In this document: in pieces, positions 9,058 through 17,742 of the stretch
How positions within the stretch are numbered: the stretch's first letter is position 1
How the letters are laid out: every line of letters starts with the position of its first letter
Origin: Bacteroidota bacterium
Lineage (GTDB): Bacteria > Bacteroidota > Bacteroidia > Chitinophagales > Chitinophagaceae
NCBI GenBank assembly: GCA_018267615.1
Contig: JAFDYD010000019.1
Location: forward strand, 29,327 to 93,326
Length of the DNA stretch: 64,000 nucleotides
Direction: 5' to 3'
Notes under the pieces: generated by a model
Seen by the model: the letters and a program-made list of their open reading frames with translations, nothing else
Databases searched by the model: none
What the model was told of the DNA's origin: nothing
Translations under genes and position numbers: made by a program

Positions 9058-11268
9058 TCATTTTGGTCCACCGGGACAATGTTCGTTTAAATAACTGGTA
9101 TATAACGTTGCCAGGTGCAAGGCGGTTCCAGGCCCCTCGGACATTGCGTGGGTGCGGTTCGGGTATGACATAAAGCGAAACTGTTTATTATATTTTACGA
9201 GTTCGTTGATCAACATTTCCGCATTATTATAATGAACATTGTCGTCGCCTGTTCCATGCATATATAGCAGGTTGCCTTTTAAATTCTTCGCATAAGTGAT
9301 CGGCGACCCTTTGATATAATCCTTTCTGTCTTCAACCGGCAGCCCCATATATCTTTCCTCGTACACGTTGTCGTAAGTCAACAGATTGGTTACGGCAGAT
9401 ACCGCTAAACCCGTGCTGTAAATGTCCGGATATTGAAACATAAGATTAAGTGTCGCCGACGCCCCACCACTCCAGCCCCAAACCGCAATACGTGCAGGAT
9501 CTACAAACTTCCATTTCAAAATTTCTTTTGCAGCCATCGCCTGGTCGCGGATATTGACAACACCCACGTTCCGATGAATTGCTTTACGCCATGCATTGCC
9601 CTTCGGCACCGGCGAACCCCTATTGTCGAGCGACATATAAATGTATCCGTCTGCTGCCATGTCGCCCATATAAACCGGGTTGTACTGAACTCCATAAATA
9701 TCTTTCGCTGTTTGTTGCGCCGCCTCAGTATATACAAAAAACAATACAGGATATTTTTTCGTAGAATCGAAATTAAGTGGCTTCGACATCCATCCATCCA
9801 TATCAATTCCATCCACTGTTCTCACCTTGAAAAACTCCACATTGGATTTCGATTTATCTGCTTTCGTAACAGCATCATACACGTTGTGCCGGTGATCAGC
9901 CACGTTGTGATCCGGTAACGTGATCCATTCTTCCGCTTCAGGAGTATAGTGGTTGGAGAATTTATGATTCGCATATTTTGCGGTTGGAGAAATTTCATAT
10001 TCGTGCGTACCTATTTGGTTTGTTGGTGACACCAGTTCTGCTTTGCCCTTCCCATCAAGCCTGCTTCGATATAAATATTGCTGCGTTGCATTTGTGGGCG
10101 ATGCCAGGTAATAAACATAATTCGACTTTTCATCGACACGGCTAATCGCGATGACATCGTAATTACCAACGGTTATCAATACTTCCTTTTTACCATCGCG
10201 ACTTATTTTATATAAATGCCGCCAGCCATCTTTGTCGCTTGCCCATAAAAAATCTTTCCCATTGTTCAGCCAATCCCATCCACCCATTCTATAATCTCCA
10301 TCCCATGAAGACAAAATATCGATCCACGCGGTATCCTTTTCTGAATAGATCGTTTGAGCCGCCCCTGAATTAACATCACACATCATCAAATCACTTTCAT
10401 TCTGCCTGCGATTGAGATGTTGAACGATGAGTTGATTGCTATTCGCTGCCCACTCCATTCTGGTTAAATAGCTGCCGTATTCAGGATCGGTAGGAATATT
10501 CATCCATTTCGTTTGTGCATTGCCGATATCAGCCACGCCGATTTTAAAAAGAGACGGCACTTGTCCGGTAACAGGATATTCGACTGGTATTACTTTCGAA
10601 TAAACAGAATCTGTTGTATTAAGCATGAGATAGTTTCTCACAGTATTGTCGTTGATTTGCCAGAAAGCTATTTGTTTGCTATCCGGGCTCCAGCGAAAAC
10701 CGTCGCGACAATCAAATTCTTCTTCATACACCCAATCAAACGTACCATTAATAATTGCAGCTGTTCCGTCAAAAGTGAGTTGTTTAATATCACCCGTGGC
10801 GATATTCTCCACAAACAAATTATGACCACTCACATAAGCTACCTTTTGATTATCCGGCGAAAATTTTGCAAACATGAGGGATGAAGCAGGCAATGATTTA
10901 CCAAGTTGTTTTAATGAATTGTCTTTGAGATCATACACCCAATAATCGCCACGCGTATCATAGCGCCACACGATAGCAGTATTGGTATAAATAAGTATTT
11001 TATGATTATCGTTTGAAAAATAAAATTGGCGAACGCGCAGCGGCCGTGTGTGACCCTTGGGTATCATGTTCTCGTTGGTAACGAGAACCGTTGGTTTATT
11101 ATCTGGTAAAGAAAATTGAACAATTTCGTTGGCGATTAATTTGTAATAAGAATTCCCGTCATTGCTCCAGGTAAATTCTTTTTCGAATTGTGCCCTGGAT
11201 ACCATCGACACAAACAGCAATAAGACCGCAAAAAAAGAAATGAGCGTTTTTCTGCCAATTACCCGCAT
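9058..11268 (-). CDS. S9B-type (DPP IV-like) dipeptidyl peptidase with signal peptide
   Basis: N-terminal propeller with DWVYEEEF; catalytic GWSGG, GTGDDNVH, NRTH. Confidence 0.9.
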   Translation of the reverse strand: MRVIGRKTLISFFAVLLLFVSMVSRAQFEKEFTWSNDGNSYYKLIANEIVQFSLPDNKPTVLVTNENMIPKGHTRPLRVRQFYFSNDNHKILIYTNTAIVWRYDTRGDYWVYDLKDNSLKQLGKSLPASSLMFAKFSPDNQKVAYVSGHNLFVENIATGDIKQLTFDGTAAIINGTFDWVYEEEFDCRDGFRWSPDSKQIAFWQINDNTVRNYLMLNTTDSVYSKVIPVEYPVTGQVPSLFKIGVADIGNAQTKWMNIPTDPEYGSYLTRMEWAANSNQLIVQHLNRRQNESDLMMCDVNSGAAQTIYSEKDTAWIDILSSWDGDYRMGGWDWLNNGKDFLWASDKDGWRHLYKISRDGKKEVLITVGNYDVIAISRVDEKSNYVYYLASPTNATQQYLYRSRLDGKGKAELVSPTNQIGTHEYEISPTAKYANHKFSNHYTPEAEEWITLPDHNVADHRHNVYDAVTKADKSKSNVEFFKVRTVDGIDMDGWMSKPLNFDSTKKYPVLFFVYTEAAQQTAKDIYGVQYNPVYMGDMAADGYIYMSLDNRGSPVPKGNAWRKAIHRNVGVVNIRDQAMAAKEILKWKFVDPARIAVWGWSGGASATLNLMFQYPDIYSTGLAVSAVTNLLTYDNVYEERYMGLPVEDRKDYIKGSPITYAKNLKGNLLYMHGTGDDNVHYNNAEMLINELVKYNKQFRFMSYPNRTHAMSEGPGTALHLATLYTSYLNEHCPGGPK

Positions 11269-11373
11269 AAGTTTTTTTATAAATAAAAATGGCGATTATA
11301 ATTGAATTATCATTCCCGTTCAACAAAAAAAATGATAAGTCCGCGGAATCACTATCCTCAAATTTGATTCAAA

Positions 11374-11409
11374 AAAATAAAACCCGGCAACAATGCCGGG
11401 TTTTATTTT
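11374..11409. terminator. Intrinsic terminator downstream of fusA (bidirectional-type hairpin)
   Basis: aaaataaaacccggca-acaa-tgccgggttttatttt, 16-bp perfect stem with A/T tails. Confidence 0.85.
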
Positions 11410-11427
11410 ATCAAAAAACATTTTTTG

Positions 11428-13575
11428 TTACGCACTCACTTTACCTTTTCCTTTCACCTTTGCAATCACTTCTTCAGCGATATTGTTTGGCGCAGGATTA
11501 TAATGCGAGAACTCCATAGTTGATGTTGCACGTCCGGAACTGAGCGAACGTAACTGCGTAACATAACCGAACATTTCACTCAATGGAACTTTTGCTTTGA
11601 TCACTTGTGCATTTCCTCTGCTATCCATTCCTTCCAGAATTCCACGACGACGGTTTAAATCACCTGTTACATCACCCATGTATTGATCCGGTGTGATCAC
11701 TTCTACTTTCATGATCGGCTCCAACAATACTGGTTTCGCTTTTCTTGCTGCTTCACGAAAACCTGCTTTCGCGCAAAGTTCGAATGACATGGAATCAGAG
11801 TCAACTGCGTGGAAACTTCCGTCGAAAATACGAACCTTCATATTCTCTACGGGGTAGTTTGCCAAAACACCAGTAGTCATCGAGCTCTCAAAACCTTTTT
11901 GAATTGCAGGAACAAATTCACGTGGAATAGATCCTCCGAAAATATCATTCACAAACTGGTAATGTCCTTTATCTTCTTTCAGGAATTCTTCATCAGCAGG
12001 TCCGAGTTCAAAAACAATATCTGCAAATTTACCGCGGCCACCTGTTTGTTTTTTCAAAACTTCCCTGTGTTCAACGGTAGTTTGGAAAGCTTCTTTATAG
12101 GCAACCTGCGGCGCACCTTGATTAATTTCCACTTTGAATTCGCGTTTCATACGATCCACGATAATTTCAAGATGCAATTCACCCATTCCGCTGAGAATAG
12201 TCTGTCCTGTTTCTTCATCTGTTTTTACACGCAGTGTCGGATCTTCTTCTACCAGTTTCGAAATCGCCAATCCCATTTTATCTACGTCAGCCTGCGTTTT
12301 TGGTTCAATCGCAATAGAGATAACCGGCTCAGGAAAATTGATACTCTCCAGAATGATCGGATGATCTTCATTACAAAGTGTATCTCCTGTTTTGATATCT
12401 TTAAAACCAACAGCCGCTCCAATATCACCCGCCTCGATAAAGTCAACAGGATTTTGTTTATTCGCATGCATCTGCATGATGCGGGATATGCGTTCATTTT
12501 TTCCCGTACGTGTATTCAATACATAAGAACCAGAATCCAAGTGACCACTGTATGCACGGAAGAAGGCTAAACGACCCACAAAAGGATCGGTCATGATCTT
12601 AAATGCCAATGCAGCAAACGGTGCTTTCGCATCCGGCTTGCGTTCGATTTCTTCTCCTGTATTTGGATCAGTTCCTTTGACTGCTTCAATATCCAGCGGA
12701 CCAGGAAGATAACGAACGATTGCATCCAATGCTGTTTGCACACCTTTATTTTTAAAAGATGAACCACACATCATCGGGATGATAGAAAGATCGATGGTAG
12801 CTTTACGAATAGCAGTATGCATTTCTTCTTCTGTGATACTATTTGGATCTTCAAAGAATTTTTCCAAAAGTTTGTCATCATATTCAGCAACTGCTTCAAC
12901 AAGATGTTGTCTCCATTCCTTTACATCGTCTTGCATATCATCCGGGATAGGAACTTCTTTATATGTCATTCCTTTGGTTTCATCATCCCAAATAATTCCT
13001 TTCATCTGGATAAGATCAACTACTCCCTTGAATGCATCTTCTGCACCAATTGGTAATTGAAGGGGAACTGCTTTTGCTCCCAACATTTCTTTTACCTGTT
13101 TTACCACATTGAGGAAATCAGCTCCTGCACGATCCATCTTGTTGACGAATCCGATACGCGGAACTTTATAACGATTGGCCTGACGCCAAACTGTTTCCGA
13201 CTGAGGTTCTACACCAGATACCGCGCAAAAAAGTGCCAATAAACCGTCGAGTACACGCAATGAACGTTCTACTTCAACAGTAAAATCCACGTGACCCGGA
13301 GTATCAATGATGTTGAATTTATATTGTTTTGTATCGGCAATTTTTTGTCCCTGGTTGGTTGGAAAATTCCAGAAGCAGGTTGTAGCTGCAGAAGTAATGG
13401 TGATACCTCTTTCTTTTTCCTGTTCCATCCAGTCCATAGTGGCCGCGCCATCATGCACTTCGCCGATTTTATGCGATACGCCTGTATAATACAGAATGCG
13501 TTCTGTTGTTGTCGTTTTGCCGGCATCGATATGTGCCGCAATTCCGAAATTTCTTTGAAATCTTAAGTCTGCCAT
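11428..13575 (-). CDS. fusA: Elongation factor G
   Basis: [31 protein letters not shown]-terminal [10 protein letters not shown]. Confidence 0.99.
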   Translation of the reverse strand: MADLRFQRNFGIAAHIDAGKTTTTERILYYTGVSHKIGEVHDGAATMDWMEQEKERGITITSAATTCFWNFPTNQGQKIADTKQYKFNIIDTPGHVDFTVEVERSLRVLDGLLALFCAVSGVEPQSETVWRQANRYKVPRIGFVNKMDRAGADFLNVVKQVKEMLGAKAVPLQLPIGAEDAFKGVVDLIQMKGIIWDDETKGMTYKEVPIPDDMQDDVKEWRQHLVEAVAEYDDKLLEKFFEDPNSITEEEMHTAIRKATIDLSIIPMMCGSSFKNKGVQTALDAIVRYLPGPLDIEAVKGTDPNTGEEIERKPDAKAPFAALAFKIMTDPFVGRLAFFRAYSGHLDSGSYVLNTRTGKNERISRIMQMHANKQNPVDFIEAGDIGAAVGFKDIKTGDTLCNEDHPIILESINFPEPVISIAIEPKTQADVDKMGLAISKLVEEDPTLRVKTDEETGQTILSGMGELHLEIIVDRMKREFKVEINQGAPQVAYKEAFQTTVEHREVLKKQTGGRGKFADIVFELGPADEEFLKEDKGHYQFVNDIFGGSIPREFVPAIQKGFESSMTTGVLANYPVENMKVRIFDGSFHAVDSDSMSFELCAKAGFREAARKAKPVLLEPIMKVEVITPDQYMGDVTGDLNRRRGILEGMDSRGNAQVIKAKVPLSEMFGYVTQLRSLSSGRATSTMEFSHYNPAPNNIAEEVIAKVKGKGKVSA

Positions 13576-13719
13576 TGTTTTATATTAAAAGTTTCTATTT
13601 CCAATTTGTATAGCCCGTAACATTTTGAGCTTGCCATTCGCGTGAATGACAACCATTCTGTTTATCAATAACTTAATCTTATCTGTGGCATCGGGCTCTC
13701 CTCCTTTTATTTTGGTGTG

Positions 13720-13727
13720 CAAAGGTA
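13720..13727 (-). promoter_or_regulatory. -7 promoter element (TACCTTTG) upstream of fusA
   Basis: Exact TAnnTTTG match ~145 nt before the fusA ATG; -33 box not clear. Confidence 0.7.
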
Positions 13728-13787
13728 TGTCAAAAGTCGGATATTATGAAAACTGGGGAAAGGCGGCAGTGGTACAGGTTGATTTAA

Positions 13788-13911
13788 AAGGTAGAAGGTA
13801 TGGGGTGTAGGGTATGGAAGAGCTTGTTTCAATTCACGATTTTTATTTTTCATCCCAAGCAACACTATTGATTGGCTGCTTGCCGTACCTTACATCCTAT
13901 ACCTTACACCT
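13788..13911. repeat. Intergenic inverted repeat of 7-bp units (taaggta/tacctta family)
   Basis: aaggtagaaggtatggggtgtagggtatg (13788-13816) vs taccttacatcctataccttacacct (13886-13911); same family at 53691 and 58521. Confidence 0.75.
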
Positions 13912-13917
13912 CCAAAA

Positions 13918-14661
13918 TCAACCGATCAATTTGAGGAACTCATCTTTTTTCCTTCTGGCTAAATCCACAAAATTTCCATTCTGCATTTCAATTTGGCCGC
14001 CATCACCCCGGATGTAGCGTTTTATGTATTGGAGATTGATAATATGAGAATGATGTGCGCGGAAAAAAACTTCTGCCGGCAACAGATCTTCGAATTCTTT
14101 AAGCGTTCTGCTTGCAACCAGTTTTGGGTGATTGGTGAAATAGATGGCGGTGTAATTACTTTGAGCTTCGAGATGAATAATGTCGCCAATATTAAAAAAG
14201 AGCAGACCATCCAATGTCGGAATCGCCAGTTTGTTTAGGGCTAATCCGGGATGGAGATTTTCCTCTAACGCTTTCAGTTTTTGCGGTGTATTGTTTTGAG
14301 ATTGTTGTTTTATTTTTTCGACGCATGAGCGCAACTCTTCTATATCGACCGGTTTTAATAAATAATCGAACGCCGCAAACTTGATCGCCTTGATTGCATA
14401 TTGATCGTACGCTGTGGTAAAAATGATATGAAAATTTTTGTTTTCAATTCTCCGAAGCATTTCAAATCCATCCATGCGAGGCATTTCGATATCGAGGAAA
14501 ATAATATTTGGTTGAAATTTTTTTATTTGTTCGATGCCTTCTTCACCGCTGGTCGCCTCAGCAACGATGGACAGATCTTTGCAATAGTCAATTATTTTTT
14601 GTTTTAAGGCAAGCCTTCCTTTCAATTCGTCATCTATAATAATCGCCTTTAGCATGATCAT
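13918..14661 (-). CDS. LytR/AlgR-family response regulator (REC + LytTR)
   Basis: IIIDDE, FLDIEMPRMDGF, FTTAY, DYLLKP; C-terminal FFRAHHSHIIN; ATGA overlap with the kinase. Confidence 0.95.
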   Translation of the reverse strand: MIMLKAIIIDDELKGRLALKQKIIDYCKDLSIVAEATSGEEGIEQIKKFQPNIIFLDIEMPRMDGFEMLRRIENKNFHIIFTTAYDQYAIKAIKFAAFDYLLKPVDIEELRSCVEKIKQQSQNNTPQKLKALEENLHPGLALNKLAIPTLDGLLFFNIGDIIHLEAQSNYTAIYFTNHPKLVASRTLKEFEDLLPAEVFFRAHHSHIINLQYIKRYIRGDGGQIEMQNGNFVDLARRKKDEFLKLIG

Positions 14662-17600
14662 TGAATTTTTAGTATTACCTGCACACGAGTACCTGTGGGC
14701 ATTTGCTGTTCATGTAAATCTGTAATCGTAACAGAAGCTTTATTTTCTCTATTGAACAATCTTACCCTGTCGTTGCTCATTTCAATTCCATAAGATTGCT
14801 TGTCTTTTTTATCTGTATTTTTTATTGCCTGTCTCCCTACTCCGTTATCTTCCACAATATAAATCAGGTGACCATTTTCTTTCGTTACAGAAATAGAAAG
14901 TTTTCCTTTAGCATCCGACCGGTATCTCAATCCATGTAAAATTGCATTTTCAACGTAAGGTTGTATGACCAATGGAGGAACTTTATAATCGTCTTGCAAC
15001 AATGCAGCATCCGCATCAATCTCGCAGGAGAATTTGTTATCATTCCTAAATTGCTCGAGTTCGATATACAGTTGCAATGTTTCCAGATCCTTTGTCAATG
15101 TCACCGTATTTTGTTTTGAACTATCAAGAATATTCCGGATCAGTTTTGCAAATTTGTTGAGATAAACAGTCGCGAGATATTTATCATTGCTTTGAATCAA
15201 CGCATCGATGCTATTGATACAATTAAAGATAAAATGCGGGTTCATCTGTGCACGCAAAGCCATCATTTCTGTTTCAGCCACCTGTTGTTTCAACGCGGCT
15301 TCGCGGCGAACTATAATTATCCTTCTTTTGAACAACAAATAAATAAATGAAGCAATTAACAGTATTGCTCCAACCCTGAACCACCATGTTTGCCAAAATG
15401 GTGGATCGATAATGATTTTAAATGAAGTAATATTTTTCGTGTTCGCCTGGTCGTCAGTCGTCACTTCAAAATCATAATGACCCGGTGGCAGATTGGTGTA
15501 ATTCGCTTCACCGGAAAGATCGGCGGTTACCCAGTTGCGGTCGATATCATGTAACCGGTAATAATATTTTTTATTCTTTAATTGAGAAAAGTCGAGCGCG
15601 GCAAATTCAATGGTTAAAAAATTTTGGGCATAGCTCAAACGAAGTGGCTTACTTTCTAACGTCAACGAATCAACGAAAAATCGCTTGCCAAAAATTTTCA
15701 GCCCTGTTATTTCAACGGGCATCACAGCGTTCACGTTGATATCAAGTGAATCGGGAGAAAAACCAATTGCTTCAGTTGCCGTACTGGTCAACCATCGTCC
15801 ATCGCGCAGCACGTAAAAATTATCCATATCAAAAGACGAGGTCACAACACCGCGTTCGGTGTGATAACTGATCAATTTGTTTTCCTCGATATTATATCGA
15901 TACAAATTATAATCCGCCGTGAACCAGATATTTCCTTTCTTATCTTTTCCAATTGCCATCACTGACGCAGGGAGGATTTTCTTGTTGAAATCAGGAACTG
16001 TAAACTGTTTTGTGATCATATTAAAAAAACAGAAACCTCCATTCTCAAGTCCTACGATGAGGGTGGTGTCGTTTAATTCTTCAATTCCCATACAGCCACT
16101 TGCATAATTTTTTTGGGGGGAATAAGCAGCCGACAATGTTCTGCTTTGCCTGTCAAATACTTTTACACCACTATAGGTACTGATCCAGCACCTGTTTTTG
16201 CTATCGATATAAATGAACTGTATTCCGTTGTTGACAAAATCTGGTGACATGGTTCCTCCATAACTGATAAATTGATTTCTCTTGTCACTCCACTCGATAA
16301 TTTTTCCGTTGTGTAAGCCAAACAAAACATTTCCCCCCGAATCCGCTCGCATACACCGGATGGTTGAATTTTCAAAAATAGCAGGCTGAGTAGTTGTAAT
16401 TGAACCAGTCGATGGTTCATACACATGCAGGTACCCATGTTGGCATCCAACCCAGATTTTTCCATCATCTCTTTCAATTAAGTTCCATACCATATTGGAC
16501 TCAAAACTTTTACCAAAATTTATTTTTTTGATAAAGTTCCAATCTTTATCAAACACAGTTACACCGCCACCATAAATACCCACCATCAAATCTCCATTTC
16601 TTGTTTCCAGGAAAGAAGTGATGCCGCCCTTCGACAATGTTTTCTCATTATTATCATCATGCCTGATCGTTTTAAAATATTCGTGATATGGATTGAAAAT
16701 ATTAATGCCCTTATCTGTGCCTAACCAGATATTGTCATCGCGATCCTGGAAAATTGTTGATACTTCGTAATTGTACTGAAGTCCGTTGACATTGTTATTG
16801 TCGGAGCGGATGCTGGTGAAACTATCATTTTCCGGATGATACCGCAGTAATCCAACATTACATGTCGCAATCCACAAATGCTTTCGGTTATCTTCGAATA
16901 TGCAAGTCACATACATCGGGTCGTTGTTATTGCTGTCGTGATTCTTTGCTCGAATTTCGGGCAATGAATAAGTAACAATTTTTTTAGTCCCTGCAACACA
17001 CTTATAAAATTTGTGGTTCCAAGTATAGAACCAAATATTATCCTGACTGTCTACCATAACACCACGAAATCCCGAATTCTCCATCTCAAGGATCGGATGG
17101 CGGAGAACGTTATTTTTTTTCGTGTATACTTGGCCGGTACTATCGTCGAACATCAATACATAATCATAACTGACAGCCCATGTCTGGTGGTTTTTTTCAT
17201 CGTACGCTATGGAGAATGAGTTGCAGGTAAATTTTTTGATGGATGCATCATAATGATAAACATAATAGTATCCAAACATCCAGTAGTCGCCACCTACACC
17301 GCTATATCTTTTTTTCCCTACAGTATCCAACGCAATATCTGTGCTGTCAAAATCTGAAACTTTATTAGTGAGCAAATTAAATTTTTTATTGCCTGCAATG
17401 GATACCATGAACAACTGATGATCCTGAGAGGGTTTGATATTAACTACTGCAATCAAACTTTTATTCTTGTCATTCAATTCATCTCGGTAGGTGATGAAGC
17501 GTGTACCATCGTATCGCTGAAATCCATTGCGTGTGCCTATCCATATAAAACCTCGTTTATCCTGCGATATCGAATAAACTGCATCATTCGACAATCCATC

Positions 17601-17702
17601 GAGGTGACTGATATGCCTGAAAATATATTTCGACTGGCTTCGTCCGTCCACTGCAACAAAGAAAAAAACAAGACTCAATAAAATATAGATTACAGAGCGC
17701 AT
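14658..17702 (-). CDS. LytS/YehU-type sensor histidine kinase with periplasmic beta-propeller and Y_Y_Y domain
   Basis: Repeated D..G.IWIGT blades, ANYTNLPPGHYDFEV, TM after PPFWQTWWF, H-box ALRAQMNPHFIFN, QPYVENAILHG, EDNGVG. Confidence 0.93.
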   Translation of the reverse strand: MRSVIYILLSLVFFFVAVDGRSQSKYIFRHISHLDGLSNDAVYSISQDKRGFIWIGTRNGFQRYDGTRFITYRDELNDKNKSLIAVVNIKPSQDHQLFMVSIAGNKKFNLLTNKVSDFDSTDIALDTVGKKRYSGVGGDYWMFGYYYVYHYDASIKKFTCNSFSIAYDEKNHQTWAVSYDYVLMFDDSTGQVYTKKNNVLRHPILEMENSGFRGVMVDSQDNIWFYTWNHKFYKCVAGTKKIVTYSLPEIRAKNHDSNNNDPMYVTCIFEDNRKHLWIATCNVGLLRYHPENDSFTSIRSDNNNVNGLQYNYEVSTIFQDRDDNIWLGTDKGINIFNPYHEYFKTIRHDDNNEKTLSKGGITSFLETRNGDLMVGIYGGGVTVFDKDWNFIKKINFGKSFESNMVWNLIERDDGKIWVGCQHGYLHVYEPSTGSITTTQPAIFENSTIRCMRADSGGNVLFGLHNGKIIEWSDKRNQFISYGGTMSPDFVNNGIQFIYIDSKNRCWISTYSGVKVFDRQSRTLSAAYSPQKNYASGCMGIEELNDTTLIVGLENGGFCFFNMITKQFTVPDFNKKILPASVMAIGKDKKGNIWFTADYNLYRYNIEENKLISYHTERGVVTSSFDMDNFYVLRDGRWLTSTATEAIGFSPDSLDINVNAVMPVEITGLKIFGKRFFVDSLTLESKPLRLSYAQNFLTIEFAALDFSQLKNKKYYYRLHDIDRNWVTADLSGEANYTNLPPGHYDFEVTTDDQANTKNITSFKIIIDPPFWQTWWFRVGAILLIASFIYLLFKRRIIIVRREAALKQQVAETEMMALRAQMNPHFIFNCINSIDALIQSNDKYLATVYLNKFAKLIRNILDSSKQNTVTLTKDLETLQLYIELEQFRNDNKFSCEIDADAALLQDDYKVPPLVIQPYVENAILHGLRYRSDAKGKLSISVTKENGHLIYIVEDNGVGRQAIKNTDKKDKQSYGIEMSNDRVRLFNRENKASVTITDLHEQQMPTGTRVQVILKIQ

Positions 17703-17742
17703 CTCTTAAAGCTACACGAAAAAAATCACAAGCACTGCCATG

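Noticed and set aside
11809-12570. 253-aa antisense ORF within fusA (similar 243-aa ORF at 55940-56671 within clpC)
   Set aside because: Typical antisense open frames from codon bias of highly expressed genes; no protein-like motifs
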